In this document: positions 28,948-38,434 of the stretch, piece after piece
Layout: each line of letters opens with the position of its first letter
How positions within the stretch are numbered: position 1 is the first letter of the stretch
Virus record (IMG/VR): IMGVR_UViG_3300005805_000047
Coordinates: 1-64,000 of that record
DNA length: 64,000 nt
From: a virus
Strand: one strand, 5' to 3'
Translations under genes and position numbers: made by a program
The notes under the pieces: model-generated
What the model was told of the DNA's origin: nothing
Seen by the model: the letters and a program-made list of their open reading frames with translations, nothing else
Database searches by the model: none

Positions 28948-29142
28948 TTATTTCCGTAGATCTCGCTCTGCGGCGGCACGATCCTGCTCTATTACTTTAG
29001 CACAAGCCATGCGAATGACCCACTCCACGTCGGTGCAATCAAGGAGTCTTATGGGGTCAGTGCCCCACAATTCGCCAAGTCTGGCGACTGATTTAATTAC
29101 TGGTTCTTCGATTAATTCGTCGAAGACCTCTTCGTAGGGTCC
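28948..29142 (-). CDS. probable -1 frameshift extension of the tail assembly chaperone (gpGT-like)
   Basis: Open frame GPYEEVFDELIEEPVIKSVARLGELWGTDPIRLLDCTDVEWVIRMACAKVIEQDRAAAERDLRK* overlaps the chaperone end and has no convincing own start. Confidence 0.7.
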   Translation of the reverse strand, partial: GPYEEVFDELIEEPVIKSVARLGELWGTDPIRLLDCTDVEWVIRMACAKVIEQDRAAAERDLRK

Positions 29143-29663
29143 TCAGCAGGCTCAATCGTGTCGCCGAACCCAGCAGCATCAAGGATTGCCAATGCAGCCG
29201 CCTCCACGTGCGGATCAAGTCCGAAGAACGCACGAACAGCATCCGGTACTGGTCGAACAGTTTTGGTCATTGCAAGAATGTGATCGTGCGCAAAATTGAG
29301 GGCAAAGCCGTTGTCGTCAAAGACTTCTTCGTCGTTGAACAGTACGCCTTGAGTGGTGTGTCCAATCACGAAAGTCGCAAACTTGGTTGCATCCATTCCA
29401 TTCTTGGTGTCCTCACCGGCTTCTTTGCGCCACTTGCGGACTTGTGACTGGGTGATATTGGGGCTAATTCTTAAAGCCACCCGTGGTCTTTCTGGAACAT
29501 TGATGTAGATGTCCTTGCGGCTCACCTTTTCACCAATTGTTGCAGTCAGTTTGTCTAAGAGTGTTTCGGACTTTTCGGCTTTTGCTGTTGAAGCCTTAAC
29601 TTCCTTTGGCTTTGTGGGTGTTTGCTCTTGGGTGGATTCATCGTCATACAGCGATTCGGCCAT
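29112..29663 (-). CDS. tail assembly chaperone (gpG-like)
   Basis: Between tube and tape measure genes; ends EDPTKRSSTN*. Confidence 0.75.
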   Translation of the reverse strand: MAESLYDDESTQEQTPTKPKEVKASTAKAEKSETLLDKLTATIGEKVSRKDIYINVPERPRVALRISPNITQSQVRKWRKEAGEDTKNGMDATKFATFVIGHTTQGVLFNDEEVFDDNGFALNFAHDHILAMTKTVRPVPDAVRAFFGLDPHVEAAALAILDAAGFGDTIEPAEDPTKRSSTN

Positions 29664-29818
29664 GATTGTTCCTTTCGGGAATTGGTGTTACGGGAGTAAA
29701 CTAGCAGCATACAAAGACGTGGCAGTGCAACTACAGGATATTCAATTCAACCCGACACCCGAATGGGCAGTATTGCTGTAACCCCATCTGAGGGGCTAGT
29801 CAGTTATTTACTGGTTGC

Positions 29819-30355
29819 TTACGCGGCTGTGGTAGTACTGGTAGTGCTGGTGCCGCTGGAAGGCGGGTTCACTTCACTTACCGAAAAGGTGAGGGCAAAT
29901 GTACTTGGGGCACCAGAGGATGAATCTCCATCTGGTTCGGTGAGGCCGACCAAAAGGGCATCTTTGTAAACTCGGTCGTTTGCCGACGAGGTCAAACCGC
30001 AGTTGTAGGTCTTGATTGTTATATTGTAGAAACCAATACCCACATATTGTCTGACTTTCTTGATTGCCAGACCAAGACCGTTTGCGCTCTGGTCGTCGTC
30101 ATAGTGGGCCGTCAGCGTGATGTCGCCGATTTCGGAAGGGGCACAGAGCACGGTTGGCTTACTCTTTCCGCCTTCGTAAATCTTTTCAACAGAAGCAGTG
30201 ATCTCACCGCCCGATACTTGGGCAAATAGGAAGTCTGAACCAGCAACCTGGAATGCAGGTGGTGTTTCTTGACTAGTGCCGGTTCCGAGTGAAGTTACTC
30301 TAGTCGTGCTCGGTGCAATTGACGCCAGTACTTGACGCTGTGCTATTTTGGCCAT
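29819..30355 (-). CDS. tail tube protein
   Basis: Immediately after the sheath; FAQVSGGE..IYEGG..GDITLT..DGDSSSG..FALTFSV. Confidence 0.75.
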   Translation of the reverse strand: MAKIAQRQVLASIAPSTTRVTSLGTGTSQETPPAFQVAGSDFLFAQVSGGEITASVEKIYEGGKSKPTVLCAPSEIGDITLTAHYDDDQSANGLGLAIKKVRQYVGIGFYNITIKTYNCGLTSSANDRVYKDALLVGLTEPDGDSSSGAPSTFALTFSVSEVNPPSSGTSTTSTTTAA

Positions 30356-30365
30356 TATTCCTCCG

Positions 30366-31835
30366 TTATGCGGTGACCGATGCGGTCAGGCTGGACTTGA
30401 CTATCTCAACTTCGATTCGATCGCCGACGCTGGACACCCTCACGCCAATCTTGGCTTTGATTTTCCCGTCAGCGAGGTCTGTTGTTGAATTTAGTTTAGC
30501 ATCACAACGCACGGTGTAGCCGTAATCAATTCTTTCCCCATTGTTGGAGAAAGCTTCAAACAACGAACCAGACAGTCTGTAGCCCTCAAGGACGCTGATA
30601 AGTTTTGACTCAACAGCAGAGAATACTGTTCCGCGACCGTCAATCGCCGTGAACACGAGGGGTTCAATGGCTCGGTAGGCATCTGTGACAATTGAGTTCA
30701 CAGTGTCCTGCGAGGTGATATACCTGAAGTTCGTTGTATCTTGAGAGAGAGACCTTGCACCATACACGCGGATTGTGTTGTTGATTATGCGGATAGCATT
30801 CACGCATTCATCGTCAAGCGCATTTCCATTTGTGCGATCAATGTCCGTCACAAGACCATTGATGAAGGTTGCCTGTGAGTTGATTCCAGCAAACGGCACG
30901 TGAGTTCCGCCTGCATTTGCCGTCTTTGATCTTTTTGCGGCCACATAACCATCTGGTGGAATCAGTCTGTTTACGCCATTGACTGCAGTCGGCGCGTAAA
31001 CCCATGGGTAATAGAGAGCGCCATGCTCAAGGTTTGTCTCATCGGCAATTATTGATTGAGCAAATGTCTTGATTGAAGCAATTGATGCATTTGATGCACC
31101 GTGCAAAATGGCAACTCGGTTGTAGGCATTTGCATGCTCAAGCAATCCAGTGTAAACAGTTTGTGATGACGACTCTGGGCACGAAACTGAACCAGTGCCG
31201 AGAGCATCATTGAAGAGGCTGAGAGCATCCACGTAGTCTTGGTCGACCACGGCAGCCCTATCGTCATCGCCAGCAGAAAGAGCAACTGGGTTTGGCATTA
31301 TTACTGGGTTGCTGGTGTCTGATCCAAGCGAAGCAGTAATGTACTTGCTGGCTTCGGCATGAAGATTGAGTTTTCCAACTGCTTGCTCGCGTGAGCTGCA
31401 GTTTCCTGTTGTGGCAATCTGTTCGTCGTTCAAGAAAATCTTTACAGCAAAAGTTCCCGCAATAGTTCCGGTGACAACTTGTGCCTTGATTTGGCTACTC
31501 CAGCTACCGGCTCCATTTGCCGTGAGAACGATTGTTGGGTTTGCATCTGCGTCATCAATTTCAAGTGAACCAGTTTCTGCGTCACCACCGACAACTCTTG
31601 CGATGTGGCACTGAGTGCCACCTTCCTCAAAGAAGCATTCAACGGTTGGGTGGAGAAGGCTCCACGATGCGTAGCCGCCAAACAAATCCTCAAACTGCTC
31701 AAGACTTGTAACGAGAGTTGAAGTAGCTGTTGGACCTCGCTGGGCAAGACCAACAAAGAAAGCTTGTGATGCTTCGTTGAACAGTGGCACCGAAGGGCCG
31801 GTGCGAACAGAAGTGGAAATGACTACGCCTGGCAT
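30366..31835 (-). CDS. contractile tail sheath protein
   Basis: MPGVVI..FFVGLAQRGP..FFEEGG..ALYYPWV..IPPDG..VNAIR..VYGARSL. Confidence 0.92.
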   Translation of the reverse strand: MPGVVISTSVRTGPSVPLFNEASQAFFVGLAQRGPTATSTLVTSLEQFEDLFGGYASWSLLHPTVECFFEEGGTQCHIARVVGGDAETGSLEIDDADANPTIVLTANGAGSWSSQIKAQVVTGTIAGTFAVKIFLNDEQIATTGNCSSREQAVGKLNLHAEASKYITASLGSDTSNPVIMPNPVALSAGDDDRAAVVDQDYVDALSLFNDALGTGSVSCPESSSQTVYTGLLEHANAYNRVAILHGASNASIASIKTFAQSIIADETNLEHGALYYPWVYAPTAVNGVNRLIPPDGYVAAKRSKTANAGGTHVPFAGINSQATFINGLVTDIDRTNGNALDDECVNAIRIINNTIRVYGARSLSQDTTNFRYITSQDTVNSIVTDAYRAIEPLVFTAIDGRGTVFSAVESKLISVLEGYRLSGSLFEAFSNNGERIDYGYTVRCDAKLNSTTDLADGKIKAKIGVRVSSVGDRIEVEIVKSSLTASVTA

Positions 31836-31844
31836 GGTACCTCG

Positions 31845-32258
31845 CTAAATATCGTCCGTCGTCGGAAGCCCGACTATGTTCTCGTTAGATGATACCCAAT
31901 TATCCTGTTCTGGTTCGGCAACTAAAGTATCAGTTGTTGGTTCTTCAACTATTTGAGGTTGATCGAGGGGCTCATCAGCTGGCTTTACTGGCTCAACAGC
32001 ATCCTGCTTTTTCTTGCGCTTACTCTTGGTTTGGGTATGGGTTGACTCTTGGGTGAAAACCACCAATAGGCCAGCCTCAATGTGTTCAGAAATCAAATTT
32101 GAGGAAGCAACCAATGATGAATGTACTGCGGCATGGCTAAAAGGCGGAATTCGGTGACCAGCATCAGTTACCGCAAGCCAGTATTGCGACTTATTTGTGA
32201 CAACAACTGCACCTGAGAACCCAGGATCCTCGTATCGGTTCGTCAGATTTTTGAACAT
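31845..32258 (-). CDS. hypothetical protein upstream of the sheath
   Basis: 137 aa; ATG lies 6 nt after a TATTAT hexamer. Confidence 0.6.
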   Translation of the reverse strand: MFKNLTNRYEDPGFSGAVVVTNKSQYWLAVTDAGHRIPPFSHAAVHSSLVASSNLISEHIEAGLLVVFTQESTHTQTKSKRKKKQDAVEPVKPADEPLDQPQIVEEPTTDTLVAEPEQDNWVSSNENIVGLPTTDDI

Positions 32259-32272
32259 ACTACAATAATAGA

Positions 32273-32905
32273 CTAATTAACCACGATTTGGTTGGTGTAG
32301 CCGTCGTTGGCAAATGCTTCCCCGGCTCCCTTGGCTTGGTAAGCAATGGTTATTTCATTGACGGTGGCAATATCCTCCCTGTGGACGACCTCGTCAATAT
32401 TCATGGTGTACGACACATAAGCTCCAGCAAGCACCCTGTCGCCCTTGAGGAGAGTCAAATCAGAGAATTCCTCCCTCATGCTGGTCTGGTCAATCTGGAC
32501 CCTGAACGTTCCCCTCGGATCTGTTGCCTGCAAACACGCATCGTCAAGTAAGGCAGACCTAACCACCACAGTAAGCCTGTCCCTCATGGTGGTCGTTGAT
32601 TCAGAACCCTCGGTACGCGACCAAACATAAGTCCTCATTGAGTAGCTAACCCGATACAGGGGGTGCATGCCATCCCAGCCGATTTGGTCAAAAGAGTTGG
32701 TTGAGATAACGACTGTGATAATAGTTGGCCAGTGATCCATGACCAATGGCTCATAGGTGAAATAATCCTCGGGGTCTGGTATGTCTGCATTGCTGACACC
32801 CCAACCATTTCGATACCTAATTAGTCTTTTGGGCAATTCTGCTTTGAGATATGTGTTTACATATTCTTTGGCGAACTGTGGCCCATGCATCAAATATCCA
32901 CTCAC
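32273..32905 (-). CDS. probable tail completion/terminator protein
   Basis: Position in the neck cluster and size; no diagnostic motif. Confidence 0.5.
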   Translation of the reverse strand: MSGYLMHGPQFAKEYVNTYLKAELPKRLIRYRNGWGVSNADIPDPEDYFTYEPLVMDHWPTIITVVISTNSFDQIGWDGMHPLYRVSYSMRTYVWSRTEGSESTTTMRDRLTVVVRSALLDDACLQATDPRGTFRVQIDQTSMREEFSDLTLLKGDRVLAGAYVSYTMNIDEVVHREDIATVNEITIAYQAKGAGEAFANDGYTNQIVVN

Positions 32906-33381
32906 AGCAATGACTCCCTAACGGCGGCAATGTTTCCGTGACAAACATACACGGCAGCCACCTCACCAAAGCGATGGGCAAAGCCAGTCGGTTCAAATAC
33001 AACTTTTCGTTTCGCCATTCGACTAGTTCCGTATTGGTGGAATTTGGCATACTCAACACTTGTTCCAAATGTTGCATCCATGATGTCAATTCGGTTGGGT
33101 GGACCATCTAGGGATGCAAGACTTCTAAATAGCCGACCACTTCTGACCATCGTTCCAGCACCGGGTTCGTGTGCTCGTTTCCAAGTGGCATATTGTGGAT
33201 CAAGTGGAGACCACCCGCCAGATGGAAGTCCGGCTTGTCGAAAATTTTCCTCATTGGCAAACCTGAGCCACTGTTTGGCTCGCCAGAAAACTGGCTTCAT
33301 ATCGTTTGCTCGCTTCTTCATCATGCGAAGACGAAGTATTGCTTTTGCGGCATCCACTTTTATGACAATGCGAGAACTCAT
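32902..33381 (-). CDS. virion morphogenesis protein (P2 gpS/Mu gpG-like)
   Basis: GWSPLDP..MVRSGRLFRSL..GTSVEYAKFHQYGTSRMAKR. Confidence 0.8.
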   Translation of the reverse strand: MSSRIVIKVDAAKAILRLRMMKKRANDMKPVFWRAKQWLRFANEENFRQAGLPSGGWSPLDPQYATWKRAHEPGAGTMVRSGRLFRSLASLDGPPNRIDIMDATFGTSVEYAKFHQYGTSRMAKRKVVFEPTGFAHRFGEVAAVYVCHGNIAAVRESLL

Positions 33382-34025
33382 CCTGCATACCGATTTTTGC
33401 GGTATCTCTTGAGTGCCATTAGTTCTGTCTCAAGAAATCCAGTTTGCATTGGGGCAACATTGCGGGTTTCTAAATCTTTTACGCCAACGACATCGTCGTG
33501 CATGTTTTGCATTTCTCGTGTTGCTGCTCGGAGAATCATTAACTTAAAAATTGGAATGTTTGCACCGTCAAGTCCACCCGTATAGGTCACGGTCACCTCG
33601 TCGTCGGCATATGCGCCGTAAACATCAACACCAAACCCTCGCGGAATGTAGTCAACATCCAACTGAAGGGTTTGTTCGGATCCATGCAATGGTTTGTGTT
33701 TGACCTCAGAAATGCTGATTACTGGCGTATTCAAGAGATAAACAGTGGTGGGCGGATCAAGATAGGTTGTGTTATTCACCGTGCTTCCATAAAACGATTC
33801 ACCGGTTGGGTTTGAATTGACAAAAAACGATGACATCGGTATGCCCGTGTGAACGCTTGGTATTCTGTGGACTTCTGTATATGTTTCAACCTCAACTGGT
33901 CGGCGAAGAAACATTTCAAGTTCGCTTTGTAGACCAGCAAGAATCAAATCGCATGCATCCAGCTGCCTATTGGTCAGACTGATATCCATATAGGTCTTTA
34001 GATCAAAGGCCGTAACGAGTGCCAT
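33378..34025 (-). CDS. head-tail connector/adaptor
   Basis: MALVTAFDLKTYM..TPVISISEV..VTVTYTGG..ALKRYR. Confidence 0.7.
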   Translation of the reverse strand: MALVTAFDLKTYMDISLTNRQLDACDLILAGLQSELEMFLRRPVEVETYTEVHRIPSVHTGIPMSSFFVNSNPTGESFYGSTVNNTTYLDPPTTVYLLNTPVISISEVKHKPLHGSEQTLQLDVDYIPRGFGVDVYGAYADDEVTVTYTGGLDGANIPIFKLMILRAATREMQNMHDDVVGVKDLETRNVAPMQTGFLETELMALKRYRKNRYAG

Positions 34026-34031
34026 CGCTGA

Positions 34032-34226
34032 TTACCTGCCAAGGGCTGCTGCCCTGCGAGCCCTTGCCCTTCTGCGCTCGTTTATTTCCTCGCGAGTTTG
34101 TCTACGAGCATATTCAAGGACTCTTCCGGGGTTCCTGTCCCTTCGGGCAAAGCCGAATATTCGACCGATTCGTCTCGGGATACTGATGTCCTCATCGCCT
34201 ACTTCTGGTGTTAATGCTTGCGGCAT
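34032..34226 (-). CDS. small Arg-rich hypothetical protein
   Basis: 64 aa, GGAGG RBS upstream. Confidence 0.6.
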   Translation of the reverse strand: MPQALTPEVGDEDISIPRRIGRIFGFARRDRNPGRVLEYARRQTREEINERRRARARRAAALGR

Positions 34227-34276
34227 AAGCCCTCCGAACGAACAGATATAGCATCTTTTATGTTATCACCATCTTG

Positions 34277-34822
34277 CTATCTGTCGTCGTTCGGTGGCGC
34301 CTCAATAGTCGGTTCATCCACCTTAATTGCCGACTCAATGGGGACCCAGGCCCGCGAGTATAGGTGATCCTTGATGGCTCGGTGCTTAATGATTGTCCCA
34401 TCAACAAGCAAATCAAATTCGTCAGCCGACATATTCAGGGATGCCATTAGTTCCTTTTCTGTGGCGGCTCCAGCCAAAAGAAGTTTTCTTACTAGGGCAG
34501 AGAGCTTTTTTGAGACGACTGCACCTCGACCACGATTCATCTGTACGTGAAGAATCATCGCTTCTGGCTCAGTGCAATCCACAATTGCTACTGGAACTTT
34601 ATTGCCTACAGATTCTCGAATCCGCTGATTGTTCGTGGCCAGTAAGCACCTCTCATGACCGTCAATAATGGTCATATCGTCCTTGCGGACAATGATCGGA
34701 GAAAGTATCCCGTGTTTGTCTATTGAGCGCGCCAGCACCGCCAAATCAGGGGAGAGCATGTAGGTGGTTCGCCACGGTGCAAGCGAAAGACTGCTCGGGT
34801 CTAGATAAACGACTTCGGTCAT
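34277..34822 (-). CDS. ParB/Srx-fold protein (IbrB/YbdM-like)
   Basis: SIDKHGILSPIIV..IIDGHER..HVQMNRGRG. Confidence 0.8.
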   Translation of the reverse strand: MTEVVYLDPSSLSLAPWRTTYMLSPDLAVLARSIDKHGILSPIIVRKDDMTIIDGHERCLLATNNQRIRESVGNKVPVAIVDCTEPEAMILHVQMNRGRGAVVSKKLSALVRKLLLAGAATEKELMASLNMSADEFDLLVDGTIIKHRAIKDHLYSRAWVPIESAIKVDEPTIEAPPNDDR

Positions 34823-35940
34823 TGTGTGTCCTTTTGGTTTTTTATTATTCTGCCAGCCTTTGTTCCTGGGCCTGCCGGGTTGGCAGAGGTTACATGTATC
34901 GAGTTAAGTAAGAGGGTTCGTATGAGCCAATGAATCGGATACGAGTTGGGGTCGTGAACCATTTTCTTTTTGAAAGTTGAAACATAGCGACGAGCGGCGG
35001 CCTGCATGGTTTTCCCAATCATGAAGTCAGAGATGAATTGACTCACTCCGTCCAGTCCGTCACCTGAGTAAAGTTCCACAATCTTGTCTGGATCCAAATC
35101 TTTCCCTATTCGCCTTTGAGCATCAATGCGGGGGAATACCCGAACGAGTTGATCGTAGAACTCTGGTTCCGTAGCTATGACATCCCCAAGTCTCCGAATT
35201 GCTATTGAGTGAAGGGGTATTCCAACACGAGTATTTGAGCCAGTCATCTCGGCGGCATCATAATATTCGGAATATTCACCGCCAGATTCCGTGATGAACT
35301 TAAACACATCGCTGGTCTGCCAGTCGTATATGACTTTGGCAAATTTGAGAGGCAAACCTCGCTTCACCCCAAAAGGAGTGACAATATAATTTTCGTGCAA
35401 CTTTTGCACACAGGATCGATAGCGAATCATTGACTCGTTGGCGCGGACTCCGGTTATGAATGCAGTCCGACCCCTTTTCCCTTGCATTGTGTAGTAGTCA
35501 ATAGATTCCTTCAGTGGTGCATCATGGGTCAAGCCAAAATTTCTTGCGTTTATTGCGAAATCTGGCATTGGTCTAACGAGTCGACCCTCTCGTTCGCGTT
35601 TGCCACTCCAGAGCAGAGCGGCTTCTCGTCTGCCGAGAATCCAGATTTCTGCACCATACGGCAAGCAATACCACTCCATGTCAACCCACGAGTAATCCCG
35701 AACTTTCATCACATAATCGATGACCATCGGACTGACCATTTCCTCGTCGCGAAAGATTACTTTTACTGGTCCGAGTCCACGCTCTTCGTGAACCTCTTTC
35801 GCTAGGTAAAGAATCGCCGTAGAGTCTTTACCGCCAGAGAACTGAACACATACGGTGTCAAATGTGTCGTAGACATGACGAATGCGAGCACGGGCGGCAT
35901 CTACGCACGAAGCATCAAGGAATAGCCGTTGGCGCGGCAT
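34819..35940 (-). CDS. PAPS-reductase-family PP-loop protein (IbrA/YbdN-like)
   Basis: FSGGKDS, FRDEE, GVRANESMIRY, IYDWQTSDVF. Confidence 0.85.
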   Translation of the reverse strand: MPRQRLFLDASCVDAARARIRHVYDTFDTVCVQFSGGKDSTAILYLAKEVHEERGLGPVKVIFRDEEMVSPMVIDYVMKVRDYSWVDMEWYCLPYGAEIWILGRREAALLWSGKREREGRLVRPMPDFAINARNFGLTHDAPLKESIDYYTMQGKRGRTAFITGVRANESMIRYRSCVQKLHENYIVTPFGVKRGLPLKFAKVIYDWQTSDVFKFITESGGEYSEYYDAAEMTGSNTRVGIPLHSIAIRRLGDVIATEPEFYDQLVRVFPRIDAQRRIGKDLDPDKIVELYSGDGLDGVSQFISDFMIGKTMQAAARRYVSTFKKKMVHDPNSYPIHWLIRTLLLNSIHVTSANPAGPGTKAGRIIKNQKDTQ

Positions 35941-36674
35941 TAAAAGTCAACGTGCGCTTCTAGATAATACAGAAGGCGTTCTGCCGTGGTGCTTCCGTCA
36001 ATCTCTGGATCAGAGCGAAGCCATTTGATGAAGTCGTACCATCGGCTCTGTTGCTCCACGCTGTCAAAAACAATTGTGTACTGAACAACTGCTTGGGGTT
36101 TCTTTACACCTGGTATTGCCGTGCTTCCCAAGGCGGCAACATTCATTTCGTTACCCTTGGGGATGACTGGTGTCGTTTCCTGTTGTTCTTGTTCAACCAT
36201 GACCGGAGGAACAAATTCGCTAGAAGTGAGTATCTCACTTTCGGCATTGGAGACTGTGTCCTCTATCGCCGCCATATCAAACTCATCTATCCCCAGACCA
36301 GACATGAGTTCTGAATATTCTCCGCCTACTTCACTTATCATCTGCACTAGTAAGTCTTCGTCGTAGCCACCGAGATCTGCCGTTCGGTTGTCGGCATAAG
36401 CGAAAGCCGTTGCTTTTTTCTCGTCCCCCTCAAATACCGTGCAGGCAATTGAATCCCAACCAAGTCTTCTGGCTGCTTCATACTGGTGATTGCCAGCAAT
36501 AATTACATAACGTCCGTCACCATTATCGGTTACGACTATTGGTTTTACTTGACCAAACTCTTTATATGAGGCGGCAATTGCGTCCACATCCCCGCGTCGT
36601 GGATTGTCCTTGAGTGGGACAAGACTTGTGATTGGGATGGCCAGAGATGCCAATGATTCATGTATTCCGTTCAT
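35940..36674 (-). CDS. ParB N-terminal-domain protein
   Basis: NPRRGDV..FGQVKPIVV..IIAGNHQYEAA..YADNRT. Confidence 0.8.
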   Translation of the reverse strand: MNGIHESLASLAIPITSLVPLKDNPRRGDVDAIAASYKEFGQVKPIVVTDNGDGRYVIIAGNHQYEAARRLGWDSIACTVFEGDEKKATAFAYADNRTADLGGYDEDLLVQMISEVGGEYSELMSGLGIDEFDMAAIEDTVSNAESEILTSSEFVPPVMVEQEQQETTPVIPKGNEMNVAALGSTAIPGVKKPQAVVQYTIVFDSVEQQSRWYDFIKWLRSDPEIDGSTTAERLLYYLEAHVDF

Positions 36675-37027
36675 ACTTGGACTCGGACATTTGCATTGAG
36701 TGTACGTAGGGCATCCACCTGTGTTCTTAGCGAAAGCAACTTCTCTCGCTTTGCCTTAACTAGGGCTTCTGCGCACTTGTAGTCAAAATCCATATCGGCA
36801 AGCTTGTAGTCTGCCCACGCTTCGCGTTCACGAATTGAGCCTTTGGCTGATAGGTACTCTTTTGCCCACTCCCCCTTGAGGCGAGATTCTTTCTTGGCGC
36901 AATCTTCTGCCAATGACTCAAAAGCCTCGGTGTGGTATTCAAGTTCATCCAGTAGTCCGATGATTCGCTCTTCTATCTCGACCTGGCTGATTGGGGAAGT
37001 TCTTCCAGAACTACTTATTATCGTCAC
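36671..37027 (-). CDS. helical hypothetical protein
   Basis: GTGA overlap with the resolvase stop; coiled-coil character. Confidence 0.6.
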   Translation of the reverse strand: MTIISSSGRTSPISQVEIEERIIGLLDELEYHTEAFESLAEDCAKKESRLKGEWAKEYLSAKGSIREREAWADYKLADMDFDYKCAEALVKAKREKLLSLRTQVDALRTLNANVRVQV

Positions 37028-37566
37028 TTGGAATTTCCTTTCGTAAGTTTGTCTAGTGGGGACCAATCTACTCTTTCCAAGGCATCGGTGTTGGATTTGG
37101 GCCACTCAATTACCGATATTCCAAGCTTGAACCGGAGCATTTCCTCCAAGACCCAAGCATCACACCTGTCCCCTCCGTCGCCACCATCCCATATGATTCC
37201 CGTTCGAGCTGATATGGCAGATACAACTTCTGGCTTTCCGGCATTTCCTTTTCCTGTAGCAAATTTTGCTCTACAAGTTGGTGGTATCTCAACAAACGGA
37301 ATACCTGCTTCAAAGAGGGCAAGTCTCATCACCCCACCAAGTTCACCTATTGAATGAGCCTGAGAATTTCGTGATGCATAGGAATAATGCTCAATCGCAA
37401 TGCAGTCCACAGATTCATGTGTTGCTATTTGGATTAGGTCATTGCGTATCTCGAGCAATCGCTGAACACCACGAGACGATTTCCGGATGCTTACAGTTTC
37501 GCCGGCGACTGAAATGCCAGTTGATGTAAGGGATGGATCTATCCCCATGGTGACAATTTGACTCAC
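37024..37566 (-). CDS. ruvC: RuvC-like Holliday junction resolvase
   Basis: MGIDPSLTSTG, IAIE, KFATGKGNAGK, DRCDA acidic residues. Confidence 0.8.
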   Translation of the reverse strand: MSQIVTMGIDPSLTSTGISVAGETVSIRKSSRGVQRLLEIRNDLIQIATHESVDCIAIEHYSYASRNSQAHSIGELGGVMRLALFEAGIPFVEIPPTCRAKFATGKGNAGKPEVVSAISARTGIIWDGGDGGDRCDAWVLEEMLRFKLGISVIEWPKSNTDALERVDWSPLDKLTKGNSK

Positions 37567-37919
37567 TTGTCCCAACTCCACTTTGCCAAACCGAGTTCAA
37601 CTGCCAAGGCTGGTTGTCTGCCGATTCTGTCGTGACACTTCCTACACACAGCAAGAACATTTTTTTCATCAAGTATTGATCCGCCTTGGGATCGCCTTAT
37701 GAGTTCATGGACATCGCGCGAGCCGTGTCGATGATATGTCTTGAGTCCGTCGTAAGCGGCGAACCGTGGACAAGCCTCACAATAAGGGCGCTCAGAAAGA
37801 ATTTTTGATACAAATGCTCTGCGGTCAACGTACTTCGCTTCCATTTTTTTGCTTCGTTTCCGTATCGGACCACCGCGCTTGAGCGGAGTCTTTCGCTTCG
37901 GCGGCTCGCCACGTTTCAT
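37563..37919 (-). CDS. HNH endonuclease
   Basis: CEAC..DVHELIRRSQGG..NVLAVCRKCHD. Confidence 0.8.
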   Translation of the reverse strand: MKRGEPPKRKTPLKRGGPIRKRSKKMEAKYVDRRAFVSKILSERPYCEACPRFAAYDGLKTYHRHGSRDVHELIRRSQGGSILDEKNVLAVCRKCHDRIGRQPALAVELGLAKWSWDK

Positions 37920-38428
37920 ATGATGTCAGTCGGGCGAATGTTGTCAAACTCCCAGCGTTCATCAAGAAGTGACCAAAGTGCTCTGTCTATCACCGTTTCT
38001 TCAAGGTCGTATTCACGAAGCATGGCGCGGTGCTTGGCTATTCCCCGCCTTAGAAATTCCACGCTCTCCCAGCCACTACTCTCAGCAACCTCTCCAGTTT
38101 CAATCATTGTCGCAACTTCATTGAGTCGCCTCTCAACATGGAATCTGAACCGAGCAATCTTCTTGATTCGAGAATCGTATGATGAGTTCGCTTGGTCAAG
38201 TAGCGCCATGCCCTCATCGCCGAATGACTCGTACCTTTCGGAATCCGATATCCGAGATTTCTCTGTTGCGTCTATTTGTGAGTCAAGATTCTCCAGTAGG
38301 GCAACCAAGTTCTGCCGCCATCTTTCCCAGTTCTCTTTATCAATGAGTAAGCGTCGCTGGTTTGGCGAGAGTTTATTCTTTACCTCTTCTGCGACCATTT
38401 TGGCAAATGTCTGATCGTCAATTGTCAT
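37916..38428 (-). CDS. hypothetical protein
   Basis: 170-aa ORF, ATGA-coupled to the HNH gene. Confidence 0.7.
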   Translation of the reverse strand: MTIDDQTFAKMVAEEVKNKLSPNQRRLLIDKENWERWRQNLVALLENLDSQIDATEKSRISDSERYESFGDEGMALLDQANSSYDSRIKKIARFRFHVERRLNEVATMIETGEVAESSGWESVEFLRRGIAKHRAMLREYDLEETVIDRALWSLLDERWEFDNIRPTDII

Positions 38429-38434
38429 GGTCGT

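Noticed and set aside
34819-35940. Dnd/Ssp phosphorothioation system or sulfur-assimilation cysH
   Set aside because: No cysteine desulfurase or DndD/E-type partners; pairing with ParB proteins fits IbrA/YbdN better.
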